A stretch of DNA of 64,000 nt, from NCBI RefSeq assembly GCF_963921235.1, contig NC_086121.1:41478001-41542000 (forward strand), read 5' to 3'. Origin of the DNA: Mobula hypostoma (lineage: Eukaryota). A program made the translations under genes and the position numbers. Of the stretch, positions 13,663 through 24,455 are shown piece by piece. How positions within the stretch are numbered: the first letter of the stretch is position 1; each line of letters begins with the position of its first letter. A model generated the notes under the pieces. It was not told where the DNA came from. It saw only the letters and a list, made by a program, of their open reading frames with translations, and did no database searches.

Positions 13663-14808
13663 CTAATATAGGTATAGGATAGTAATAGGACAAAGCATAC
13701 AGAATGTAGAATATAATGTTTCAGTTACCGTTACATAGAAAGTGCATTGCAGGTAGAAGGACCGTGTGTGAATCAGAATCAGATCAGGTTTATTATCACT
13801 GGCATATGTTGAGAAATTAGTTGGTATATTGTGAAGTGAAGAGTTCATCTTTAACATAGAAGACATCCATTCAAGAGTCTTATACTCAACACCTCTTGAA
13901 TCCATTAATATCCAGTAAGAAAGGGTAGAAAAGGCAGAGTTTGCTTTGTAGTTTTGTGCAGCTTGTTAATTTATTCCTAGTCTATGCCTTCAGAACTGTT
14001 TTTAAAAAAGCAGAGAGAGGTTATTGCAGATCTCCTTCCCAAGTTTTTCTTCTGGCTGTTTTCGCACTACAGATCCTCTCCAGGTCACCACATTTTTCCA
14101 TTCCTGAGAACTGTTCAAAACCGAAGCAGTTCACAAGTTGGAAATGTTGCTGCCCAGTAATATATTTAAATAAAATCTCTGGCCAACAAACCAGGGTACT
14201 TAACTCAACCAGTCAAATATTACTCCAGACTGAGTTTCCAGACAGATAACTGCAGCCCCCAACAGCTGTCAAATACACCCTAGCTGTTTCTGAAGCATTC
14301 ATTCATATGTGTGGGATGTCCATAATTCGGGCATTCATAAGCTGAGAAGAAGGTGTATAAGGCACATGCTGGGGGAGAAGGGAACTTGCAGAAAGACTTA
14401 GGCAGACTGGGAGAATGGGCGAAGAAGTGGCAGATGGAATACTGTGTAGGGAACTGCGTGGTCATACACTTTGCTAGAAGGAATAAAGGTGTAGATCATT
14501 TTCTAAGTGGGAGCAAATTCAAAAAGCAGTGGTGCGAAGAAACTTGGGAGTTCTTGTGCAGGTTTCCCTGAAAGTTGACTTGCAGGTTGTTCTTGAGGTA
14601 AGGAAGCTGAATGCAATGTTAGCATTCATTTTGAGAAGACTAGAATATAAAGGTAAGATGCAATACTGAGGCTTTATGAGGCATTGGTCAGATTGCACTT
14701 GGAGAGTTGTGAGCAATTTTGGGCTCCTTATCTAAGAAAGGATGTGTTGGCATTTGAGAGCGTCCATAGGAGGTTTCACGAGAGTGATTCCAGGAATGAA
14801 AGGGTTAA

Positions 14809-16552
14809 GCAACACACACAAAATGCTGGAAGAACTCAGCAGGCCTGGCAGCATCAATGGAAAAAAGTACAGTCGATGATACGGGCCGAGACCCTTCAGC
14901 AGGACTGGAGGAAAAAAGATGAGGAGTAGATTTAAAATGTGGTGGAGAGGAGAGAGAAATACAAGAGACAGATGAAACTGAGAGGGGGAAGGATGAAGTG
15001 AAGAGCTCATTGACTTCATCAACTCTGCCTCCAACTTCCACCAAGCCCTCAAATTTACCTGGTCCATTTCCTACTCCTCGCTCCCCTTTCTCGATCTCAC
15101 TGTCTCTGTCTCCGGAGACAGTTTAACTACTGATGTCTATTGTAAACCCATGGACTCTCAGAGCTACCTAGGTTATACCTCCTCCCACTCTGTTTCGTAT
15201 AAAAACGCCATCCCCTTTTCTCAATTCCTCTGTCTCCACCACATCTGCTCTCAGGATGAGGCTTTTCATTCTAGACCAAAGGAGATGTCCTCCTTTTTCA
15301 AAGAAAGGGTCTTCTCTTCCTCCACCATCATTGCTGCCCTCAACCACGTCTCTTCCATTTCACACACATCTGCTCTTACCCCATCCACCCGCGACCCTAC
15401 CAGGGGTAGGGTTCCTCTTGTCCTCACCTACCAACCCACCAGCCTCTACGTCCAACGCATAATTCTTCGGAACCTCTGTCATCTCCAAGCACCTCTTTCC
15501 CTCTCCCCTAATTTCAGTTTTCCACAGGGACTGCTCTCTATGCAATCAACACAGCTTGCTTTTATCCCTTGCAGTCAGTTCTATCCAATCAAATGAGTGC
15601 AGATGCAGCTCCAATGCCAATCCTGTTCTACTGTATGAAGATTCCCTATTGTAATATCACTGCCAGTCTTCTGTTAAAACCTTTAATCTACCAGGTTATT
15701 AAATTGATCTTCCTCCTGGCACTTATCCTTGCAAGCGGAACAAGTGCTACACCTGCCCCTACATCTATTCCCTCACTACCATTCAGGGCCCCAAACAGTC
15801 TTTCCAGGTGAGGTGACACGTTGCCTGTGAGTCGGTACTGTGCCCAGTGCTCCTGGTGTGGCCTCCTGTATATCAGTGAGACCCGACGTAGATTGGGAGA
15901 CGGTTACACTGAGCACCTATGCTCCATCCGCCAGAAGAAGTGGGATCTCCCAGTGGCCCCCCATTTTAATTCCACTTCCCATTTCCATTCCGATATGTCA
16001 ATCCATTGCCTCCTCTACTGTCATGATGGGGACACACTCAGGTTGGAGGAACAACATGTTATATTCTGTCTGGGTAGCCTCCAACCTGATGAACATCAAT
16101 TTCTCGAACTTCCGGTTATGGCCTTCCTCCCCAACCCCCCCCCCCACCCTTTCCTCCACCATTCCTCAATCCCTTTTCCCTCTCACCTTATCACCTTGCC
16201 TGCCCATCGCTTCGCTCTGGTGCTCTTCCCCGCTTTTCTTTCTTTCGTGGCCTTTTGTTCTCTCCTATCAGACTCGCCCTTCTCCAGCCCTGTGTCTCTT
16301 TCACCAATCACCTTCCCAGCTCTTTACTTCATTCCTCCCCCTCTCGGTTTCACTTATCACCTTGTGTTTCTCTCTTTCCTCCCCCACATTTTAAATTTTC
16401 TCTTCATCCTTTTTTCTCCAGTCCAGCTGAAGGGTCTCAGCCCTAAACATCGACTATACTTTTTTTCCATAGATGTTACCTGGCCTGCTGAGTTTCTCCG
16501 GCATTTTGTGTGTGTTGCTTGGATTTCCAGCATCTGCAGATTTTCTGTTGTT
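14809..16552 (+). mobile_element. Penelope-like element: inverted 5' pLTR, RT C-terminus, GIY-YIG remnant, 3' pLTR
   Basis: DSQSYLGYTSSH...KNAIPFSQF, RVPLVLTYQP, YCAQCSWCGLLYISETRRRLGD..EHL; 14809-15007 is the reverse complement of ~16318-16519; TSD aatgaaagggttaa (14795-14808) / aacgaaggggttaa (16553-16566). Confidence 0.92.
15544..15706 (+). repeat. Local duplication, copy of 17363-17524
   Basis: About 160 bp matching 17363-17524 with 3 substitutions and one 1-nt indel. Confidence 0.97.
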
Positions 16553-17362
16553 AACGAAGGGGTTAATGTATGAGGAGCGCTTGACGGCTCTGTCCTGTAT
16601 TCTCTGGAGTTTAGAAGGATTGGGGAGTTGAGGAGGTGCGGGGATCTCATTGAAACGAATCGAATATTGAAATGCTTAGATAGAATACAGGTGGAAATGA
16701 TGTTTCCCAAGGGGGTAGCTTTAGACCAGAGGGCACAACATCAGAATACAAAGAAATCCCTTTAGAACAGAGATGAGGGGGAATTTCTTTAGCCAGAGGG
16801 TGGTGAATCTGTGGAATTCATTGCCATAGATGACTATGGAGGCCAAGTCATTAAGTATATTTAAATTGGAAGTTAATAGGCTTTTGATTAGTACGGGTGT
16901 CAAAGGTTAGAATTAGAATCAGGTTTAATAACACCGGTAATTGCTCCTATATCTTATCATCTCCGGTCTTAAATTGAGTTTATTGGCATATACATAAGCA
17001 CATGTTTACACAGGTGCAAAGAGAAGTTTACCTGCAGCATTACGACTGGTACGTAGCATCATGTAAGTAGTATTCATACGGAAAACATAAAGTAAGTGTC
17101 ATTTATACACTATTAGCATTGCCTGCATTTGCTTTTATACTCAAGGACACTTGCAAACAGGAATAATTTACTCAGGCTTAGTCATCTGACAAAATAATTC
17201 AAAAGTATTAAGTGATTCTGAAACATTCAAATAGATGTTAAAATTATTAAAATGTATTCAATCAATTAAAATATTTAAAAGTTAATAGTTTTAAATAAGA
17301 TAAAAACAAACAAAACACTTAACTGCCTACTTAAATAAGCTAAAGCAGTTATGGAAACTATA

Positions 17363-17524
17363 AATCAACACAGCTTGCTTTTATCCCTTGCAGTCAGTTC
17401 TATCCAATCAAATGAGTGCAGATGCAGCTCCAATGCCAATCCTGTTCTACTGTAAGAAGATTCTCTATTCTAATATCACTGCCAGTCTTCTGTTAAAACC
17501 TTTAATCTACCAGGTTATTAATTG
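17363..17524 (+). repeat. Probable source of the duplicate at 15544-15706
   Basis: Direct sequence comparison; lies in non-repeat-looking sequence. Confidence 0.95.
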
Positions 17525-17824
17525 CTGTTGAGGTAGAAGATCCGCCGTGAAAGATGGAAAAGAACAAACGGCCTGTGTCTGCTTCTATGTATTACGTTCA
17601 TATTGTACGATATGTTCTCTTGTTGGCTTCTTTCTGTCCAGATTAGTAGTCTCTTCTACACTCCATAGATTTGCCCTCCACCACAACACTGCTCATTTGG
17701 TTAGTTCAGTATATTAATAATTTTTGTATCGGCTTTGCTCTTTGCAACTGCTTTACCCGCTATTCAGCAACAGCACAGTTGTTTGAGGATCTACACATCA
17801 CTCCCATCCTGTCTCCTGCATTAC

Positions 17825-17935
17825 CTTCTCCTGGTCACACTGAAGGCCCAGTGGCAGTACAGGCAAAGGAGAAATATGCAGAGTGGTTACAGCATCATCA
17901 ATCATTGAATATGAGGAACGGGAATCTTCCTGTGC
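17825..17935 (-). CDS. Candidate 111-nt internal exon (AQEDSRSSYSMIDDAVTTLHISPLPVLPLGLQCDQEK), product unknown
   Basis: Acceptor ttcctcaattattttcag, donor AAG|gtaatg, length divisible by 3, only phase 0 open; no recognised homology. Confidence 0.3.
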
Positions 17936-17954
17936 CTGAAAATAATTGAGGAAT

Positions 17955-17955
<1 letters not shown>

Positions 17956-18012
<57 letters not shown>

Positions 18013-18015
18013 CGC
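17956..18015. repeat. (GT)~24(GC)~6 microsatellite
   Basis: Read directly from the sequence. Confidence 0.98.
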
Positions 18016-18142
18016 CCACGTGCATGCATGTGCCTATGTGTAGAAGAACGAGAAGATCCCTCCTACTCCATGTGTTCACACAATGTGTTGGGTGGATGTA
18101 CATCAAACTATCGGACGTTGCAAGCGTTAAACCTGTGCTGTA

Positions 18143-18456
18143 TGTTGGAGTGTGGCCAAGTGGTTAAGGCGTCGGTCTAGTGATCTGAAGGTCGCTAGTT
18201 CAAGCCTCAGCTGGGGCAACGTGTTGTGTCCTTGAGCAAGGCACTTAACCACACATTGCTCTGCAATGACACCGGTGCCAAGTTGTACCGGCCCTAGTGC
18301 CCTTTCCCTGGACAACATCAATGGCATGGAGAGGGGAGACTTGCAGCATGGGCAACTGCCAGTTTTCCATACAACCTTGCCCAGGCCTGCACCCTGGAAA
18401 CCTTCCAAGGTGCAAATCCATGGTCTCACCAGACTAACGGATGCCTATTATCATTA
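18143..18456 (+). mobile_element. tRNA-derived CORE-type SINE with RTE-like tail
   Basis: A box TGGCCAAGTGG (18153-18163), B box GTTCAAGCC (18198-18206), CORE-like gtgtccttgagcaaggcacttaacc; close second copy at 37263-37574. Confidence 0.88.
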
Positions 18457-18509
18457 TACGGTGGCTGACATCACCGGCCACTCCTTAGACCTACCTGGTT
18501 GTTATAGCT

Positions 18510-19063
18510 GGGGATAGCAGTGGGGATAAACTCCCACTACCCATTATATGCTTCCAATGGCATGCATCTCAAATAACCTCTGAAAACTAAGTCCAGCTCC
18601 CAACTTTCAAGTGTGGCTTAGCTACTAAGCCCAGCAGAACCATTGCTACTGACTGGAGAATGGGCAAGGCCGGGTTACTGGTGCCTTAAAACCAATCACT
18701 TCAGGCGGATGGGACTCATCAGCCATGATTGGCCACTCATCCTGGAAAAGGAAAGCTCTGACTTCAAACCTCCGCTGCCTTGTGGCTATACCCACTCATG
18801 GGGAAGATGTTGGGAGTAAACCCCTAGGAAAAATCTGAAGCTGGAGTTCCTAAGGCAGTCCTATAATGAATTCAACACTGATTGACAACTCCTGCGACGC
18901 TGCTGCGGGATCATGCCTCTGCCTTTGGATCATCAGCTGCATGAAGAGGGGCAGCCTGTCACCTGGGCAACAGCTTGCTCTCTCTATCGACTGTCCTGGC
19001 TTGCATTTCACGTAGACAGCTGGGGCACAGCATCTATGCTCAACCCTGACCAACGAAGGCCCT
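18510..19063 (+). mobile_element. Non-autonomous RTE-related retroposon (5' UTR-like body plus RTE-type tail)
   Basis: RTE 5' UTR-like gaaaaggaaagctctgacttcaaacctccgctgccttg; 3' part resembles the adjacent SINE (tgggcaac...; gaccaacgaaggcc vs gactaacggatgcc); no ORF. Confidence 0.6.
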
Positions 19064-21980
19064 CGGATCTCCCTGAGGTGATTTAACAAGTAGTGAGAAG
19101 AGGCTGAAGTGTTTCAATGCAATGCCAAAGGAATGATTATCTTTTGTACTGAACAAATGGTCTATGTGATCCAGTTTCACAGACACTACCTGGCCCATAC
19201 TCTCACTGTGTGGAACCTCACTGTGCAGAAATTAGCTTCTAAGCTTCCTACAATAAGAATTATGCTTACACTTCAAAACTATTTAAATGATTGTAAAATG
19301 CTTGAGAGCCCTGACACTGTGGAAGTACTGGTAGAGGATTTAACCTACAACCCATTGCTCTCTTGATACGCTGTCAACCAGACACCCATTAGGCATGAAG
19401 AGCAGGTCCTAAACAGAGCCAAGGAAAGATTTCCAGACCAGTGCCGGAGAGATTTCAGCTCCAACTGGAATGCCTGAGGCTATTCCCCCTAGCGCAAAGA
19501 AGGTTGAGAGGATATTTAATAAATATGTTCAAGATCATGAAGACTTTAAAGAGGGTGAACAGAGAGATCCCATTTATTTAATAAGTGGTTCAAGGATAAG
19601 GTTGCACAAATTCAGTGTGGTGCCAATGGGATACAAGAGGAAATACGAGGACAACCTTATTTCATGAAGACTGGAATCCTTCTGAATGTTATTACCTGCA
19701 GGAGTGGTGGAAGCAAAATCAATTAGTATTTTCAGCAAGAAGCTCCATGTGTAGACAGGGCAACAGAAAAGATTCAGGAGAATCGGGATGATCTATAAAG
19801 AGTTGGGATTAATTCAACGAACTGAATGCCCTTTGGTCCCTGTGATCCCAAAGTAGGTGAATAGTTAGCACCCACCTCTGTTGCTTGGACTGGGCTTTGA
19901 TTTTTCATTGAATAAATCCTTATTCAGAATTTGCAAACAGGTTTGTGGAGAGCTCATACAAAGTAATAGAAGGGCTAGATCCCAGATGATTAATGAAAAA
20001 TAATATAAATTGGAAGCCTTTGTGGGACATTGCATTATCAGCTAAGTCTGTGTTACAAGCTCTGGTCATGGTGAAATTATTAAAGGAAAAGATGAAACAA
20101 AAGAATAAAATGAAGTCAATGTAATTAACTCCAGGCCTCAATAGCACCCATTGACCTCTTCCTGCATTCATACTGTTATTAAATTCCCAGATGCTGCTGC
20201 CTCCTTTTTGATTTTTATGAGTCCGAACCCAACTTCAAAGGAAAATGAGCTGAACCACTGTGGAGTTTAAATATGAGATTTTGTTTAGATCCTTTTCTAC
20301 TTCGTTTTATATTTTCACGTCCATATTTGTGTTTGATAAAAGCAAAAATATTCTGAGCCAGAGTCTTGTGCAATTCAGCACCTCTGCTCTTCCTTTCCCA
20401 CTGATGAAGCCTAAAATGCTGACACCTGATGCCGTGTGCCAGTTCACTCAGTGAGCATAGCAGAGTCATCTTAAAATGTAAAGTATTTAATCAACGGGCA
20501 GAACTGGCATGAATTTGAAGTATTGCACACCAAGGTAGCACATCTTTCTTGAAAGAGGAGAGACACAATCCTTATCTCAATCACACAACTGAGCAAAGAA
20601 CTCTTGTCATCCATAGGGTTAGACTAATAATGGTAAAGTAAGCACGAGTTCAAACACCACTAGGGATGTTTGGGAATCTGAGTTCAATTGAAAGCTAAGT
20701 CTTTTCTTCTTAACTGTGTTTTACCTGTTACTACAGTTGACAGGGTTCTCCACCACCTTTGTTCTGTTTCCTGCATTTCTGTTTCTATACACTCAAACAC
20801 CTAAATTAAAGCAATAGTAAGACTCTGGCTTGCTCTACTTGGCTGACTGTGGTCGCTTCCACAATCCTGTTTACCTACTATCACCTTACCACCTTTTTTC
20901 ACAAAAGCCTGGTGATTTCTGACCTGAGTATATTCAAAACTTGTGCATGCCCTGTCCTTTCAGGAAGGGAGCTCTTGGGGCTTATAGGCCTCTGAAAGAA
21001 AAAGATGGACCTCTTCTTTCTCTTAAATGGTCCACTCCTTACTAATAAATTGCAATCCTTAGATTTAGATTCTCCCACAAGAATAAATATTTGCTCCACA
21101 TCCACCAGAGTCCTTACAATCTTCAATCAAATCCTTTCATTTTCTCCAGAACTCTAGCGGATACAAGGCTAGTCTGACTAACTTCCCTCATAAGCCAAAC
21201 TGTGCATTACAGATATTAATCGAGTAAACTTCTTTGAACTGCTTCCAACATATTAAAACCCTTCCAGTGATAAGGAAACAAGTTCTGTTCATGTTGTGTA
21301 ACCAATGCTCTATATAACTAATGGTGAACCTCCCCATTTTTGCATTCAATTCCCCTTACATTAAACAGTCTCATCTCTTATTGTTTCCTATCATTTATTG
21401 CAAGATTTCTGACAATCATGCTTTCAGATGCCAGATCCCTCTACATCTCAGACTTTGACAATTTCTCACCATTTTGACAAGGTACATCTATTTTTCTTCC
21501 CAGCAAAATGAGCAATTTCATTTTCGCTGGATACTCCATTTACCGCATCTTTGCCCATTCATTAAACATATCTATATTTCTTCACCATTGTCTTATGTCT
21601 TCTTCATAACTTATTGACTGCAAACACAATCTTTCTGACTCTCCACCCTCTTCTAGACTGCCTGGACAACCAGTGCATGTATGCCAGGCTGCTGTTCATT
21701 GACTACAGCTTAGCATTCAACATCATCATCTCCTCAAAATGTATTGTCCAGCTCCAAGACCTGGCCCTCTGTACCTCCCTCTCATTTGGATCATCAGCTT
21801 CCTCAGTGACAAACAAAAACAGTGAGGATCAGAAGCATAAGCTCTTCCTCACTGCCTATCAACAGAGGTGCATCACAGAGCTCTACTCTCTCTATACCTG
21901 CAACTGTAGGGCTAAGCATAGCACTAACACCATCTACAAATTCACTGATAACTTGACTGTTGGGGATGAGGAGGGATACA

Positions 21981-24030
21981 GGAACATAGAACAATACAGC
22001 ACAGTAGCAATTCTTTGAGCCTTGATGCTCTGCCAGCCTGTTAACCCACTCCAAGATCATTAGATTTACTTTCAAGAATTACTTAATCCTGGCATGGTCC
22101 TGGAGGACTGGAAAATTGCAAATATCATCCCATTCTTTAAGAAGGGAGGAAGACAAAAGAAAGGAAATTATAGACCTAACCTCTGTGGTTGGGGAAGTGT
22201 TGGAGTCCATTATTAAGGATGAGATTTTGGGGTACTTGGAATCTAATGATTAAATGTCAAAGTCAGCATGTTTTATTGCCTGACAATCTGTTAGAGTTCT
22301 TCACGGAAGTTGCAAGCAGGGCGGACAAAGGAGAAGCAGTGGATGTCATTTACTTGGATTTTCAGAAGGCATTTGATAAGCTGGCACACATGAGACTGCT
22401 TAGCAAGATAAAATCCAATGGCGTTACAGGAAAGGTATTGGCATGGATAGTGGAATGGCTGATAGGCAGGAAGCAGCGAGTGGGAATAAAGCAGGTTTTT
22501 TCTGGTTGGTTACCAGTGACTAGTGGTGTTCCCCAGGGGTCGGGGTCATTTTTGTCAATGACTTAGATAATGGAATTGATGGCTTTGTTGCAAAGTTTGT
22601 GGATGATATGAAGATAAGTGGAGGGGTAGGTAGTGCTGAGGAAGCAAGACATAGACAAATTGGAAGAATGGGCAAAAAAAGTGGCAGATAGAATAGAGTG
22701 TTGGGAAATATATTACAATGTATTATGGTTAAAGGAACAATAATGCAGACTATTATCTAAATGGGGAGAAAATTCAAACACCAGAGGTGCAGAGAGACTC
22801 ATGCAAGATTCCCAAAAGGTTAATTTACAGGTTGAGTTGGTGGTAAAGAAGGCAAATGCAAATTTGGCACTTATTTCAAGGAGAATAGAATATAAAGGCA
22901 AAGAGATACTGCTGAGCCTTTATAAGACACTAGTTAGGCTGCACTTGGAATATTGTCAACAGTTTTGAGCCCCATATCTCAGGAAGGATGTGTTGTCATT
23001 GGAGACAGTCCAGAGGAGGTTCATGAAGATGATTCTGGGAATGAAGGGGTTAATATATCATGAGCGTTTGTCAGCTTTGGGCCTGTGCTCACTGGAACTT
23101 AGAAGAATATGGGGCGAACTCATTGAAACCTATTGAATGTTGAAAGGAATAGATAAGGTGGATGTGGAGAGGATGTTTCCTATGGTGGGGGTATCCAGAA
23201 CTAGAGGGCACAGCCTCAAAATTGTGGGGCAACCTTTTAGAACAGAGGTAAGGAGTAATTTTTTTTTGCCAGAGAGTAATGAATCTGTGGAATGGTCTGC
23301 CAGAGACTGCATCTGAGGCCAAGTCCGTGGGTATAATTAAAGTGGAAGTTGATAATTTCCTGATTGGTCAGGGCATCAAAGGATATGGTGAGAAGGCAGG
23401 TGTATGGGGTAGAGTGGGATCTGGAATCAGTCATGATGAAGTGGCAAAGCAGACTTGATGGGCTGAATAGCCTAATTCTGCTCCTATGTCTTATGGTCTA
23501 AAATGCATCTTACATGGCCTTCCATTTTTCTTTCATCCATGTGACTATCTAATATAATGCTCCTAATACACCTGCCTCTACCACCACCCTGGCATCAACC
23601 TCCCCACACCCACCACTCTCTGTGTAAAAGACCTATCTCTAATTCTAATATCCTCCCTATACTTGCTTCCAATCACCTTAAAGTTATGCCTTCTTGTATT
23701 TGCCATCTCTGTCCTGTGATAAAAACGCTGGCTGTCCTTTCAATCCATGCCATCCGAACATCTTACCCTAACTCTATCAAGTCACTTCTTAACTTCCTTT
23801 GCCCTAAAGGTAAAATACCTGGCTGAATCCAGCTTTCCTCGTAAGACATACTCTCTCAGACAGACAGCATCCTGGTAAATCTCCTCTGCACCTTCTCTTA
23901 AGCTTCCACATCCTTCCTATAATGAGGTGATCAAAAATGAGTGCAATTCTGCAAGTGTGGTCCAACAAGGGATTTCCAGAGCTCTACATTATGTTACAGC
24001 TCTTCAACCCAATGAATGAAAGCCAACTCC
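21981..24030 (-). mobile_element. CR1 3' end (21981-22060 and 23501-24030)
   Basis: Tail gaacatagaacaatacagcacag; body resumes after the sense CR1. Confidence 0.75.
22066..23500 (+). mobile_element. CR1 LINE, same subfamily as 3372-4650
   Basis: DVIYLDFQKAFDK, TSGVPQGS; shares gggtatccagaactagagggcacagcctcaaaatt with that copy; 3' tail. Confidence 0.93.
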
Positions 24031-24094
24031 TGGTTTGGTGTAAGTCTTCCTAACCATGAAGTGTGAGATAGGCCAGCCGGTTAAATAGTGTTCC

Positions 24095-24455
24095 GAGTGT
24101 TGAATATTGATAGGGTGCACGTGGAGAGGATGTTTCCATAGTGAAGGAATCTGGGATGAGAGAGCACAGCCTCAGAATACAAGACCTCCTTTCCTAACAA
24201 AGATGAGGAGAAATTTCCTTAGCCAGAGGTGTTGAATCTGTGGAAGTCATTGCCACAGATGACTGTGGAGGCCTAGTCACCAGGTATATTTAAAGTGGTG
24301 GTTGATGGGTTCTTCATTAGCAAGGGATTCAAGGTTTATGGGGAGAAGTCAGGAGAGTGGGATTGAGCGGGTTAATGAATTAGCCATGATGAAATGGTGG
24401 AGCAGACTTGATGGGCCAAATGGCCTAATTATGCTTCTGATTCTTAAGGTCTTTG
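24095..24455 (+). mobile_element. CR1 LINE 3' end
   Basis: gtggagaggatgtttcc...gatgggccaaatggcctaatt. Confidence 0.85.

Larger units (their letters stand above)
14350..16908 (+). mobile_element. CR1 LINE split by a Penelope (14350-14808 and 16553-16908)
   Basis: LQKDLGRLGEWAKKWQMEY, QFWAPYLRKDVLA; sequence continues in register after the insertion. Confidence 0.9.

Noticed and set aside
14072-14174. Plus-strand terminal-exon-like segment (acceptor, short frame, stop, AATAAA)
   Set aside because: Too short, no recognised homology and no supporting upstream exons; expected by chance in 64 kb.
15821-16573. 250-aa ORF, the longest in the window
   Set aside because: A decayed Penelope GIY-YIG remnant reading through a pyrimidine-rich UTR; not a host gene.
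17798-18180. ORFs with HTHT/VCVC runs
   Set aside because: Translations of the GT microsatellite.
18143-18220. Possible tRNA-Thr gene (also ~37500-37574)
   Set aside because: The acceptor stem does not pair and the sequence continues into a SINE body that has a TSD in the second copy.
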